IMG/VR virus record: IMGVR_UViG_3300021961_000023
Direction: 5' to 3' (one strand)
Length of the DNA: 64,000 nt
From: a virus
Within the stretch, counting starts at the first letter, position 1, and each line of letters begins with the position of its first letter. The position numbers were made by a program, and so were the translations under genes. Shown piece after piece: positions 54,678-64,000 of this stretch. Under the pieces are notes generated by a model, which was given only the letters and a program-made list of their open reading frames with translations, was not told the origin of the DNA and did not search any database.

Positions 54678-56458
54678 AATATCAAAAGTTTTCTCATAAA
54701 ACACCACACCTTAAGGGTAAGCAACATCAGTTGGATCCAAATTTGGATCTGAAGCAACTTGTCCATCATGCAACTGTTCAGTATGTTGATCGTGATGCAG
54801 ACGGTGATGTGGATGTTTATGACACCCCCAAGAAAAAAACTCCAGATGAGAATCCTGTTGGAGACTATGTATCGAAGTCTAAAAAACTGATTGCAAAACA
54901 AAAGGGTGAAATCAAACATACCAAAAGAGGTATGGCTTTTGAAGAAAAGGAGAACGGTCGTTGTAAATCAGGTCATTACTATTGCTATACAGATAAAAAA
55001 TGCAAACCAATTCCTTCTGGATTTATGGTAGATCCAGAAGGAATGCTCCGCAAGGAAAATGGACATTCAGTTGATGATGTCAATGAAGAAGGGCTTCGTG
55101 ACTGGTTTGGCAAATCAAAATCAAAAGATGGAAAATCTGGATGGGTAAATGTCGTAACTGGTGGTACTTGCGCTAGTGATGAACCTGGAGAAGGAACTCC
55201 AAAATGCGTTTCTTCAGCAAAAAGAGCAAGTATGACTAAAGCAGAAAGGTTATCTGCGGCAAGAAGAAAAAAAGCAGCTGATCCTGGTCAGCAACAAAAA
55301 ACTGGTGCTGCAAAACCAACATATGTTTCAACTGATAAACCAAAGAAAAAAATGAACGAAGCAAAAGAAAAAGATCATGAATATTCAATGGCTCGTTCAG
55401 AACTTTCTACGATCATGAACGCTGCTAAAAGACTTAAATCCAAAATGAAAGGTGAAGGTAATATTGAGGCATGGGTTCAATCAAAAATCACTAAAGCAGC
55501 AGATTACTTAGATGCTGCAGCTGACTATGTTGACAGTGGAGAAATGAATGAAGAAGCAGATAAATCAGGAAAGTCTAGTGGTAAAAAAGACGCTTGCTAC
55601 CACAAAGTCAAATCTCGTTATAGAGTTTGGCCAAGTGCATACGCTTCAGGTGCCCTTGTAAAGTGTCGCAAAGTTGGTGCTGATAGTTGGGGTACAAAAT
55701 CAGAATCAATCACCATTGAAACCGCAGACGGTAGGACATACGCTGAGTTTATTGATATCATTGGATCTGAAGAAATGCTAGAGGCAGCAAAAAAATGCTG
55801 GCCTGGTTACAAAAAAACAGGGACACAAAAACTCTTCGGCAAAACTTATAATCGTTGCGTAAAAGAAGATGAGCATGAAAAAGAAGAAAAAATAGAATGT
55901 TCTCATACAAAGAAAGGCATTCAATGTCCTATTCATGGAGAAGATGAGTGTCCATTAGTTAAAGGAATGAAACAAGAAGTTGATGAAGCAGTAAGAATTC
56001 CTGCAAAAACTGGCAATATTATTCTTGTAACTCTTTCCTGGAGAGGAAAAGTTTACATGATTAAGATGTTTTTCCCTCAGGTTTCTAAACCAAGCAGAAG
56101 TGATGTTCAACTTCAGATTGATAAAGTTTATCCTGGGGCAAGAGTTAACTCATATTACATTTCAGAAATAAAACCTGGAGAACAGTTTTTACAAACTGAG
56201 GATTGGCAATCAGTTAATCGTAAAGACAAAACTGATGGTTTAAGTCAAAAAGCAGTTGATGCTTATCGTAGCGAAAATCCAGGTTCAAAACTTCAGACTG
56301 CAGTGACAGAAAAGAAACCAGAAGGTAAAAGAGCGAAACGTCGTGCTTCTTTCTGTCGTCGTATGAAAGGAATGAAATCAAAACTAACTAGTGCAAAAAC
56401 TGCACGAGATCCAGATTCAAGAATCAACAAAGCACTCCGTCGTTGGAACTGTAACTAA
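54674..56458 (+). CDS. Modular Lys/Cys-rich protein, candidate internal head polyprotein (DUF6321-like C-terminus)
   Basis: ATGA coupling at 54674; basic modules separated by xxE junctions; ends RRASFCRRM.G...SRINKALRRWNC. Confidence 0.7.
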   Translation: MKYQKFSHKTPHLKGKQHQLDPNLDLKQLVHHATVQYVDRDADGDVDVYDTPKKKTPDENPVGDYVSKSKKLIAKQKGEIKHTKRGMAFEEKENGRCKSGHYYCYTDKKCKPIPSGFMVDPEGMLRKENGHSVDDVNEEGLRDWFGKSKSKDGKSGWVNVVTGGTCASDEPGEGTPKCVSSAKRASMTKAERLSAARRKKAADPGQQQKTGAAKPTYVSTDKPKKKMNEAKEKDHEYSMARSELSTIMNAAKRLKSKMKGEGNIEAWVQSKITKAADYLDAAADYVDSGEMNEEADKSGKSSGKKDACYHKVKSRYRVWPSAYASGALVKCRKVGADSWGTKSESITIETADGRTYAEFIDIIGSEEMLEAAKKCWPGYKKTGTQKLFGKTYNRCVKEDEHEKEEKIECSHTKKGIQCPIHGEDECPLVKGMKQEVDEAVRIPAKTGNIILVTLSWRGKVYMIKMFFPQVSKPSRSDVQLQIDKVYPGARVNSYYISEIKPGEQFLQTEDWQSVNRKDKTDGLSQKAVDAYRSENPGSKLQTAVTEKKPEGKRAKRRASFCRRMKGMKSKLTSAKTARDPDSRINKALRRWNCN

Positions 56459-56775
56459 TGAAAAGTTTTAAGCAATTCTTATCAGAGTCAGTAAATATCT
56501 CTGGTGATTTCAATGGAAACTTGTATATAAACTCTCAACCAGAAGAACCACAACAGGTTGGAGAGAGTTATGCTGCTGATGTTATGTGGCAGGGTAGCAT
56601 CTACAGATTAGAGTTAATAACTAAATCTGGACTGCCAACTAAACAAGAACTAGGTGAACAACTTCAAGGAGAATATCCTGGTGCAGTTGTGCAACAAATT
56701 TATCCAGCAATGGAAAAAAATCAAAATATTACAAATATAAAAAGATACCATCCATCAAAGTTAGAGTGGATTTGA
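56458..56775 (+). CDS. Hypothetical protein with capsid-targeting-like N-terminus
   Basis: MKSFKQFLSES. Confidence 0.7.
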   Translation: MKSFKQFLSESVNISGDFNGNLYINSQPEEPQQVGESYAADVMWQGSIYRLELITKSGLPTKQELGEQLQGEYPGAVVQQIYPAMEKNQNITNIKRYHPSKLEWI

Positions 56776-56779
56776 TTTT

Positions 56780-58219
56780 ATGGCACAGTGGAATATACAG
56801 ATTCAAGATTATTTAAATCAAGAAAGATCTTTATTTGAAGTTGTTGGAGTTGCTTCCAGTGATGGGCAAATTATTAGTATTGAAAATCCATTTCCAGTTA
56901 CGGGTACTATTGGAATACAAACTGGATCGGGCTTAATTATTAATCCAGATACCACATCATATGATGCTTTTGGTAGACAAAGAATTTCTGAACCATTTAC
57001 CCTTGGTGATTATAAACATCTATATGCTATTGATACTAATTTTATAGACAGTTCATCAGGAGCTGGTTCAACAGTTTCGTTGATACCAAACCAAGCAGCA
57101 GCAAGATTACAAACGGGTATTGGAAGTACAGCATTTTGTATTCATCAAACAAAGTTTTATCATCACTATCAACCAGGAAAATCACAACTAATTTTTAGTT
57201 CTTTTAATTTCTATGCACCTCAGCAAAATGCAACAAAAAGAACTGGATATTTTGATGATAGAGATGGTATTTACTTAGAGCAAGTAGGTCTTAACACATC
57301 TAATGGTATTAACGCTGGTATAGGAACCTATAACTGGGTCATCAGAACTTTTACAAGTGGTATTGCAACTGAAACAAGAATTCCACAATCACAATGGAAT
57401 AAAGATAAGTGTGATGGAACTGGTACTTCTGGTTTCAATGCCGACTTTACAAAAACTCAACTAGCATTTATTGATTTTCAGTGGTTAGGTGTTGGTAGAG
57501 TTCGTTGTGGTTTTGCTCATGATGGAAAATTAATTACAGCACATGAATTTTATCACTCAAACAATAATCCAAATGTTTATATTTCAAATCCAAACCTACC
57601 AGTTCGTTGTGAAATAAGAAATACTGGTGTAGGTATTGGAGCATCGTTTGATCAAATCTGCTCTACTGTTGCTAGTGAAGGTGGATATGTAGAAAGCGGT
57701 GTTGATTTTGCATATACGATGGAAACTACACGAACAGTCGTAGCTCCAGGTGGAACAGAACTCCCACTAGTTGCAATTCGTCTCAAAAATAATTTCCAAG
57801 GATATCCAAACAGAATATCAGTTAGATTAAATAATATTTCTCTTTATGCGGAGACTAATAGTATTGTTTATAAAATAGTTAAACTTCCAAGCACTGCTTA
57901 TATTGGACTAACCACTTTAGGTAGTGGAACTATTTGGACTTCTGCTTCTGCTAATAGTGGAGTTGAATATTGCACTAACGCTACAGTTTATAGTGATGGT
58001 GATGTGTTTGCTTCTGGATATGTACCATCAGGCGCATCTCAGAACTCATTGTCTCCAGTTGCATCTGGGGCACTTACATCAGCAAAGAAAAACATTATTG
58101 TTCAAAATATTGACTCAACAAATTCAGAAATTTACGCAATTATTGTAAGAACAGTATCAACTAGTGTTGGTGCCGTTGCCCAAGTAGCAGCTTCACTTCA
58201 GTGGAGAGAAATTTATTAA
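56780..58219 (+). CDS. Beta-rich hypothetical (probably virion) protein
   Basis: DAFGRQRISEPFTL; YQPGKSQ; DFQWLGVGRVRCGF. Confidence 0.7.
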   Translation: MAQWNIQIQDYLNQERSLFEVVGVASSDGQIISIENPFPVTGTIGIQTGSGLIINPDTTSYDAFGRQRISEPFTLGDYKHLYAIDTNFIDSSSGAGSTVSLIPNQAAARLQTGIGSTAFCIHQTKFYHHYQPGKSQLIFSSFNFYAPQQNATKRTGYFDDRDGIYLEQVGLNTSNGINAGIGTYNWVIRTFTSGIATETRIPQSQWNKDKCDGTGTSGFNADFTKTQLAFIDFQWLGVGRVRCGFAHDGKLITAHEFYHSNNNPNVYISNPNLPVRCEIRNTGVGIGASFDQICSTVASEGGYVESGVDFAYTMETTRTVVAPGGTELPLVAIRLKNNFQGYPNRISVRLNNISLYAETNSIVYKIVKLPSTAYIGLTTLGSGTIWTSASANSGVEYCTNATVYSDGDVFASGYVPSGASQNSLSPVASGALTSAKKNIIVQNIDSTNSEIYAIIVRTVSTSVGAVAQVAASLQWREIY

Positions 58220-58228
58220 GGTGAAAAT

Positions 58229-59872
58229 ATGAGTGAAGTTTATCTTGGTAATCCAAATCTTAAAAAAGCAAATACTGTAATTGAGTTTAGTGAAGATCAG
58301 ATTCTTGAATTTATTAAATGTAAAAATAATCCAGTATACTTTGCAAAAAACTATGTAAAGATTGTAACTCTTGATCATGGTTTACAACCTTTTGAGATGT
58401 ATCCCTTTCAAGAGAAATTGATTCGTAACTTCCATGATCACAGATTTAATATCTGTAAGATGCCTAGACAAACAGGTAAGTCAACAACTTGTGTTTCTTA
58501 TCTATTACATTATGCGGTTTTTAATGACAATATCAATATTGCTATTCTTGCAAATAAAGCATCAACTGCAAGAGATCTTTTAAGTAGGTTACAACTTGCG
58601 TATGAAAACTTGCCTAAGTGGATGCAACAAGGTATCTTATCATGGAATAAAGGTTCTTTAGAGTTAGAAAATGGCAGTAAGATATTGGCAGCTTCTACAT
58701 CTGCGAGTGCTGTCCGAGGCGGTTCATATAATGTCATCTTCCTCGACGAGTTCGCTTTCATTCCAAACCATATTGCAGACCAATTCTTTGCATCTGTTTA
58801 TCCTACTATTTCTTCTGGTAAGAGCACAAAAGTTATCATAGTTTCAACTCCACACGGTATGAATCATTTCTACCGTATGTGGCATGATGCAGAAAAAGGA
58901 GCAAATGAATATATTCCAACTGATGTTCATTGGACTGAAGTGCCAGGAAGAGACTTGGAGTGGAAAAGGCAGACGATTGCAAACACATCTGAGCAACAGT
59001 TTAAAGTTGAGTTTGAATGTGAGTTTTTAGGTTCAGTTGATACTCTGATTGCACCAAGTAAACTAAGATCGTTGGTATATGAAAATCCTAAAACTGGAAA
59101 TGCTGGGTTGGATGTCTATGAAGATCCTATTGATAACCATGATTATATTATTACTGTTGACGTTGCCCGTGGAGTTGGTATCGACTATTCTGCTTTTGTT
59201 GTTATAGATATTACAACATTTCCTCATAAAGTTGTTGCAAAATATAGAAATAATGAAATCAAACCTATGTTATTTCCAAATGTAATTTGGGAAATAGCAA
59301 AATCATATAATCAGGCATTTATCTTATGTGAAGTAAATGATGTTGGTGATCAAGTAGCATCTATTCTTCAATATGATTTAGAGTATCAAAATCTTCTTAT
59401 GTGTTCAATGAGAGGAAGAGCAGGTCAAATTGTTGGACAAGGATTTTCAGGCAAAAAAACTCAACTTGGTGTCAAGATGAGTAAGACTGTCAAAAAAGTT
59501 GGAGCACTCAATCTAAAAACAATGATTGAGGAAGACAAGTTATTGATTAATGATTATGAAATCATTTCAGAACTTACAACTTTTATTCAAAAAAATAACT
59601 CGTTTGAAGCAGAAGATGGATGTAATGATGACCTAGCAATGTGTCTTGTAATCTATGCGTGGTTAGTAGCTCAAGATTATTTTAAAGAACTGACCGATCA
59701 AGATGTTCGCAAAAGACTTTATGAGGAGCAAAAAAATCAAATAGAACAAGATATGGCACCATTTGGATTTGTTTCAGATGGTTTAGATAATCCTAGTTTT
59801 GTAGACTCTGATGGAGATAGGTGGTTTGCTGATGAATATGGAGATAGATCATTTATGTGGGAGTATTTGTGA
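58229..59872 (+). CDS. gp17: Terminase large subunit gp17
   Basis: PRQTGKST Walker A, IFLDEFAF Walker B, VDVARG and DDLAM nuclease motifs. Confidence 0.97.
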   Translation: MSEVYLGNPNLKKANTVIEFSEDQILEFIKCKNNPVYFAKNYVKIVTLDHGLQPFEMYPFQEKLIRNFHDHRFNICKMPRQTGKSTTCVSYLLHYAVFNDNINIAILANKASTARDLLSRLQLAYENLPKWMQQGILSWNKGSLELENGSKILAASTSASAVRGGSYNVIFLDEFAFIPNHIADQFFASVYPTISSGKSTKVIIVSTPHGMNHFYRMWHDAEKGANEYIPTDVHWTEVPGRDLEWKRQTIANTSEQQFKVEFECEFLGSVDTLIAPSKLRSLVYENPKTGNAGLDVYEDPIDNHDYIITVDVARGVGIDYSAFVVIDITTFPHKVVAKYRNNEIKPMLFPNVIWEIAKSYNQAFILCEVNDVGDQVASILQYDLEYQNLLMCSMRGRAGQIVGQGFSGKKTQLGVKMSKTVKKVGALNLKTMIEEDKLLINDYEIISELTTFIQKNNSFEAEDGCNDDLAMCLVIYAWLVAQDYFKELTDQDVRKRLYEEQKNQIEQDMAPFGFVSDGLDNPSFVDSDGDRWFADEYGDRSFMWEYL

Positions 59873-60102
59873 TGGATTTGGATAAGCAACTAAAACTAGG
59901 ACATCTACTACTAAACGAAAGAAGATGTAGAGTTTGTGGAGAGTTTAAAGATCTTATTGATGGTTTTTATCGAACTCGTAAAGATAAAGGACCAGTAGCA
60001 TCATCGTATTCATATGAATGTAAAGACTGCACAAAAAAGAGAGTTGTTGTATCTAGAATGACAACTAGAATACTTGATAGATGGGAATATCCTGACTGGT
60101 AG
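59872..60102 (+). CDS. Small zinc-ribbon protein
   Basis: CRVC...FY.....SYECKDC. Confidence 0.7.
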   Translation: MDLDKQLKLGHLLLNERRCRVCGEFKDLIDGFYRTRKDKGPVASSYSYECKDCTKKRVVVSRMTTRILDRWEYPDW

Positions 60103-60142
60103 TGTTCACGTCAAGTTTTCTCCCCTGAAACTTAATATTTTA

Positions 60143-60149
60143 ATAAATA
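60143..60149 (+). promoter_or_regulatory. T4-type late promoter
   Basis: ATAAATA upstream of gp18. Confidence 0.65.
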
Positions 60150-60185
60150 TTTTTAGTTAAACTGAAATCTCAGGAGACAACAAAC

Positions 60186-62423
60186 ATGGCAACTCCTCAA
60201 TTATCTCCAGGCGTACTCGTCAGAGAGGTTGATTTAACAGTAGGGAGAGCTGATAATGTTTTAGATAATATTGGTGCGATTGCTGGTCCATTCTCTCAAG
60301 GTCCTGTTGAGGAAATCGTAAATATCACCACTGAGCAGGAACTGATTAACGTTTTTGGCAAACCTCTTTCCACTGATAATCAATTTGAGTACTGGATGAC
60401 TGCATCTTCCTTCCTTTCTTATGGAGGAGTTCTTAAGGTCATCAGAAGCAGCGATGCTAACCTCAATAATGCTAATGCGGGTGTGGGTGTAGCGAGTGAC
60501 ACCACACTATTAATCAAAAATAAGGATGATTACGAAATCAATCATTCTGAAGATGCTGTTCAGTTCTTCTATGCAGCAAGAAATCCAGGTAGCTGGGCAG
60601 AATCTTTAAAAGTATGTCAGATTGACGATTTTGCAGATCAAAGACTTTATTTCAACAGCACAAACCTTGCTGGTCTTGGTTTAACTGTTGGTTTTGCAAT
60701 CACCGCAAGCATTCCTGCTGGCACTGCTTTAATCGGTGTTGGAACAACTTCTTCAACCAATGCAGTTCTTAAGGGTATCATTACTGGTGTTAGCACAAAC
60801 AGCAATGATGGTTCTAAGTCATATGTTGATGTAAGAGTTGTTGCCAGAACACTCGCAGTTGGTGGTGGAAGTACCTCTACAAATATTGATTATGCAGAGA
60901 ATGATCCTACTGCATCATTTACTCTAACTGGCGCTGGTTCCAGTGTAGTTATCAGCACTGTTAACACTTCTGGTGTTGCAGTTACATCTAACACTTGTTT
61001 TGCTTTAGAAGATTGGTATGATCAACAAATTCTTGACCTAACTAATACAACTCTTTATTGGAAGGCACTAGCTCCAAAACCAACAAGTAACTCATATGTT
61101 ACTGATCGTGGTGGAAAGAACGATGGTATCCATATCGCAGTTGTCGATGATCTTGGTACTATCACTGGTTCTTCTGGAAATCTTTTAGAAGTACACCTGA
61201 ATCTTTCTAAAGCATATGATGCTGTAAGAGATCAAAGATCAGTATTCTACAAAGATTACATCCGCGACAACTCAAACTATATTTGGATTGGACGTAACCA
61301 GTCAAGTTCATATGTCGCTAATGTAGGTAACGTTGTTCCAACAATCTACCCAACTTCATCTGGGTTCACAACTGCTGGTACAAATACTGGAGTAAGTCTT
61401 GGCGATGGTCTGTGGGGTCTTCCTGCACAAAATACTACTTATTCAGTTGTTGGTAACAAAGGTTTCAGACTGATTGGCGGTAAAGACTATCAAGATTCTG
61501 GTAATAACAACGGATTTGAGGCTAAACTAGGTGACCTGGTAAATGCCTACGAACTCTTCAACGATGTTGAAGGTGTTGAGGTAGATTACTTACTCATGGG
61601 TCCTGGTCTCAGCAAGAAGTCAGAGTCTCAAGCAAAAGCAAACTACCTAATTTCGATTGCTGGACAAAGAAAAGACTGCATGGCAGTTCTTTCTCCTCAT
61701 AGATCTGATGTTGTTAACGTATCAAACTCAAATGATCAAACAGACAACATCCTTGCATTCTATGGTCCATTAGCATCATCTTCGTATGCAGTATTTGATA
61801 CTGGATACAAATATACTTATGATCGCTTTAATAATGAGTTCCGCTACATCCCAACCAATGGAGACGTTGCTGGACTAATGGTTAGAACTTCTATCTTTGC
61901 ATATCCTTGGTTCTCACCTGCTGGTCAACAGCGTGGCATTCTGAACAATGCTATCAAACTAGCATATAATCCAACCAAGGCACAAAGAGATCGTCTCTAT
62001 CCTAAGAGAATTAACCCAATCTCCAATCAACCAGGTATTGGTATTCTTCTCTTTGGTGATAAGACTGCTCTTGGATATGCTTCTGCATTCGATAGAATCA
62101 ACGTTCGTCGTCTGTTCCTCACCATTGAACAAGCACTTCAAAGAGCAGCACAAGCTCAACTCTTTGAACTCAATGATGATATTACAAGATCTAACTTTGT
62201 TAACATTGTTGCTCCATACCTCCGCGACATTCAAGCAAAGAGAGGTCTCTATGACTTCTTAGTTGTTTGTGATGAAACAAACAACACTCCAGATGTCATT
62301 GACAATAATGAGTTTAGAGCGGACATTTATCTGAAGCCCGCTAAGTCGATTAACTTCGTCACACTCACCTTTGTTGCCACCAGAACTGGTGTCAGCTTTG
62401 ATGAGGTTGTAGGTCGAGTTTGA
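60186..62423 (+). CDS. gp18: Tail sheath protein gp18
   Basis: SPGVLVREVDLT; PWFSPAG..RG; FDRINVRRLF. Confidence 0.97.
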   Translation: MATPQLSPGVLVREVDLTVGRADNVLDNIGAIAGPFSQGPVEEIVNITTEQELINVFGKPLSTDNQFEYWMTASSFLSYGGVLKVIRSSDANLNNANAGVGVASDTTLLIKNKDDYEINHSEDAVQFFYAARNPGSWAESLKVCQIDDFADQRLYFNSTNLAGLGLTVGFAITASIPAGTALIGVGTTSSTNAVLKGIITGVSTNSNDGSKSYVDVRVVARTLAVGGGSTSTNIDYAENDPTASFTLTGAGSSVVISTVNTSGVAVTSNTCFALEDWYDQQILDLTNTTLYWKALAPKPTSNSYVTDRGGKNDGIHIAVVDDLGTITGSSGNLLEVHLNLSKAYDAVRDQRSVFYKDYIRDNSNYIWIGRNQSSSYVANVGNVVPTIYPTSSGFTTAGTNTGVSLGDGLWGLPAQNTTYSVVGNKGFRLIGGKDYQDSGNNNGFEAKLGDLVNAYELFNDVEGVEVDYLLMGPGLSKKSESQAKANYLISIAGQRKDCMAVLSPHRSDVVNVSNSNDQTDNILAFYGPLASSSYAVFDTGYKYTYDRFNNEFRYIPTNGDVAGLMVRTSIFAYPWFSPAGQQRGILNNAIKLAYNPTKAQRDRLYPKRINPISNQPGIGILLFGDKTALGYASAFDRINVRRLFLTIEQALQRAAQAQLFELNDDITRSNFVNIVAPYLRDIQAKRGLYDFLVVCDETNNTPDVIDNNEFRADIYLKPAKSINFVTLTFVATRTGVSFDEVVGRV

Positions 62424-62459
62424 TTCTTACCCAAATCTACTTAACGGAGAAAAAGAACA

Positions 62460-63116
62460 ATGGCAAACTTAAGAACCATCTCTCAATTTAAAACTAGACT
62501 CGCAGGTGGTGGTGCTCGCCCCAATCTCTTTGAGGTCCACATTCCAGCATTCCCTACAGCAGCAAACTCTGCTGGGGCAAACTGGTCTGGAGAAGTACAA
62601 GAGGATTTCAGATTCCTCTGTAAGGCAGCTGCTCTGCCTGCATCTAATAATGGCGTTATTGATGTACCTTTCAGAGGTCGTATCCTGAAAGTTGCTGGTG
62701 ATCGCACATTCGATACTTGGACTGTAACAATCATCAATGATGAGGACTTCCTTATCAGAACTCAGTTTGAGTATTGGATGAATGCGATTAACAAACTCAC
62801 CAACAACTCTGGTGCAACTAATCCTGCTTCCTACATGGTTGATGCTCATGTATCTCAACTTGGTAGAGCACAGGTAAAAGAAGGCACTTCAAACAATGCC
62901 ACCACTGCTGCACAAACTGCTCTGAGAACATATACGTTCAAGGATATTTTCCCAACTAATATTTCTCAGATTGATCTTTCTTATGATACTGGTGATACCA
63001 TTGAAGAGTTCACTGTTGAGTTCCAAGTTAACTACTACACCGTTGGTGGTAACATGGAAGCTTCTAGTGGATCTGACACTGTTGCTGGTGATCAGTCTAA
63101 CGTTGTTGTCTCGTAA
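62460..63116 (+). CDS. gp19: Tail tube protein gp19
   Basis: GGARPNLFEV; VPFRGR.LK.AGDRTF..WTVT..NDEDF. Confidence 0.97.
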   Translation: MANLRTISQFKTRLAGGGARPNLFEVHIPAFPTAANSAGANWSGEVQEDFRFLCKAAALPASNNGVIDVPFRGRILKVAGDRTFDTWTVTIINDEDFLIRTQFEYWMNAINKLTNNSGATNPASYMVDAHVSQLGRAQVKEGTSNNATTAAQTALRTYTFKDIFPTNISQIDLSYDTGDTIEEFTVEFQVNYYTVGGNMEASSGSDTVAGDQSNVVVS

Positions 63117-63135
63117 TAAAGGAATAATAGAGTAA

Positions 63136-63142
63136 CTAAATA
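63136..63142 (+). promoter_or_regulatory. T4-type late promoter
   Basis: CTAAATA upstream of gp20. Confidence 0.6.
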
Positions 63143-63166
63143 GTAAAAAGCTACACTCAACTTATA

Positions 63167-64000
63167 ATGACAAAACTATTTGGTTTCTCTATTGAAGATA
63201 ACGAACCAAAATCACCTACTACACTTTCCCCCGTTCCTCCTAATAATGAGGACGGGGTTGACCATTATCTGAGTAGTGGGTTTTTTGGTTCGTATGTTGA
63301 TATTGAAGGAGTTTATAGAACTGAGTTTGATCTCATCAAAAGATATCGTGAAATGGCACTCCATCCAGAAGTTGATAGTGCCATTGAAGATATTGTTAAC
63401 GAAGCAATCGTTTCAGATTCAAATGACTCACCTGTTCAGATTGAGTTATCAAATTTGAATGCAAGTGATGGTATTAAGAAAAGAATAAGACAAGAGTTTA
63501 AGCATATTTTAGACTTATTGGATTTTGATAAAAAATCTCATGAGATTTATCGTAACTGGTATATTGATGGTAGACTCTATTATCACAAAGTTATTGATAT
63601 AAAGAAACCAGAAGAAGGTATTCAAGAGTTAAGGTACATTGACGCAATGAAAATGCGCTTTGTTCGTGAAAATAAAAATAAAATGGATGATAATCAGCGT
63701 CGTTTATCATCTGTTGCAAATCAAAATCCTTTGGAATATGCTTTTCCAGAAATTGAAGAGTACTATATTTACACTCCAAAAGCATCTTATCCAATAGGAA
63801 ATCCAACAGCAGTAAGTGCAGATAAGGGTATTAGATTCGCAAAAGATTCTATTACATATTGCACTTCTGGATTAGTAGATAGAACAAAAGGCACAACACT
63901 TTCATATCTTCATAAGGCAATCAAAGCAGTTAACCAATTGAGAATGATCGAAGATTCTCTGGTTATCTACAGATTGTCTCGTGCTCCAGAAAGAAGAATC
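63167..64000 (+). CDS. gp20: Portal vertex protein gp20 (3'-truncated by the window; absent from the ORF track)
   Basis: MTKLFGFSI...LIKRYREMALHPEVDSAIEDIVNEAI...WYIDGRLYYHK...LRMIEDSLVIYRLSRAPERR. Confidence 0.95.
   Translation, partial: MTKLFGFSIEDNEPKSPTTLSPVPPNNEDGVDHYLSSGFFGSYVDIEGVYRTEFDLIKRYREMALHPEVDSAIEDIVNEAIVSDSNDSPVQIELSNLNASDGIKKRIRQEFKHILDLLDFDKKSHEIYRNWYIDGRLYYHKVIDIKKPEEGIQELRYIDAMKMRFVRENKNKMDDNQRRLSSVANQNPLEYAFPEIEEYYIYTPKASYPIGNPTAVSADKGIRFAKDSITYCTSGLVDRTKGTTLSYLHKAIKAVNQLRMIEDSLVIYRLSRAPERRI

Noticed and set aside
58229-59872. Intein or intron in terminase gp17
   Set aside because: 547 aa with continuous ATPase and nuclease motifs and no splicing signatures
21197-63806. 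Many 60-180 aa minus-strand and alternate-frame ORFs in the ORF track
   Set aside because: They lie inside well-supported + strand genes and lack RBS or motifs; treated as shadow ORFs
1-64000. tRNA genes, photosynthesis or other auxiliary metabolic genes, integrase
   Set aside because: None recognised by eye; tRNAscan-SE would be needed to exclude tRNAs formally

Overview
A 64-kb segment of a T4-like cyanophage (myovirus, Kyanoviridae-type). No bacterial housekeeping genes, tRNAs, rRNAs or CRISPR array were seen. Bases 1-21,000 are an early/accessory region of about 70 small + strand ORFs. It is organised by 13 copies of a 24-bp palindrome (TGTGCCAGT-N6-ACTGGCACA), each lying 29-30 nt upstream of a -10 box. 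The region encodes a Dam-fold adenine methyltransferase with altered recognition residues, a NUDIX hydrolase, an HExxH peptidase, a ligase-like nucleotidyltransferase and a compact EcoRI-fold endonuclease. It also holds one minus-strand HNH gene beside a ~600-bp non-coding locus with nine TCTCG-A-CGAGA palindromes interleaved with two back-to-back consensus sigma70 promoters. Bases 21,100-64,000 are the late virion module: glycosyltransferase-like gene, gp25, gp6, a 4341-aa gp7-like protein, gp8, a split VrlC-like protein, gp13-gp16, an accessory fibre/internal-protein block, gp17, gp18, gp19 and the start of gp20. Best candidates for undescribed systems: (1) the palindrome and divergent-promoter locus with its HNH gene, possibly an origin or switch; (2) an AATT-centred nuclease/methylase/site-avoidance system; (3) promoter cassettes that also supply stop codons to upstream genes; (4) a probable head-packaged polyprotein with T4-like capsid-targeting and Glu-cleavage signals. 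All family assignments come from motifs recognised by eye and all counts are manual.
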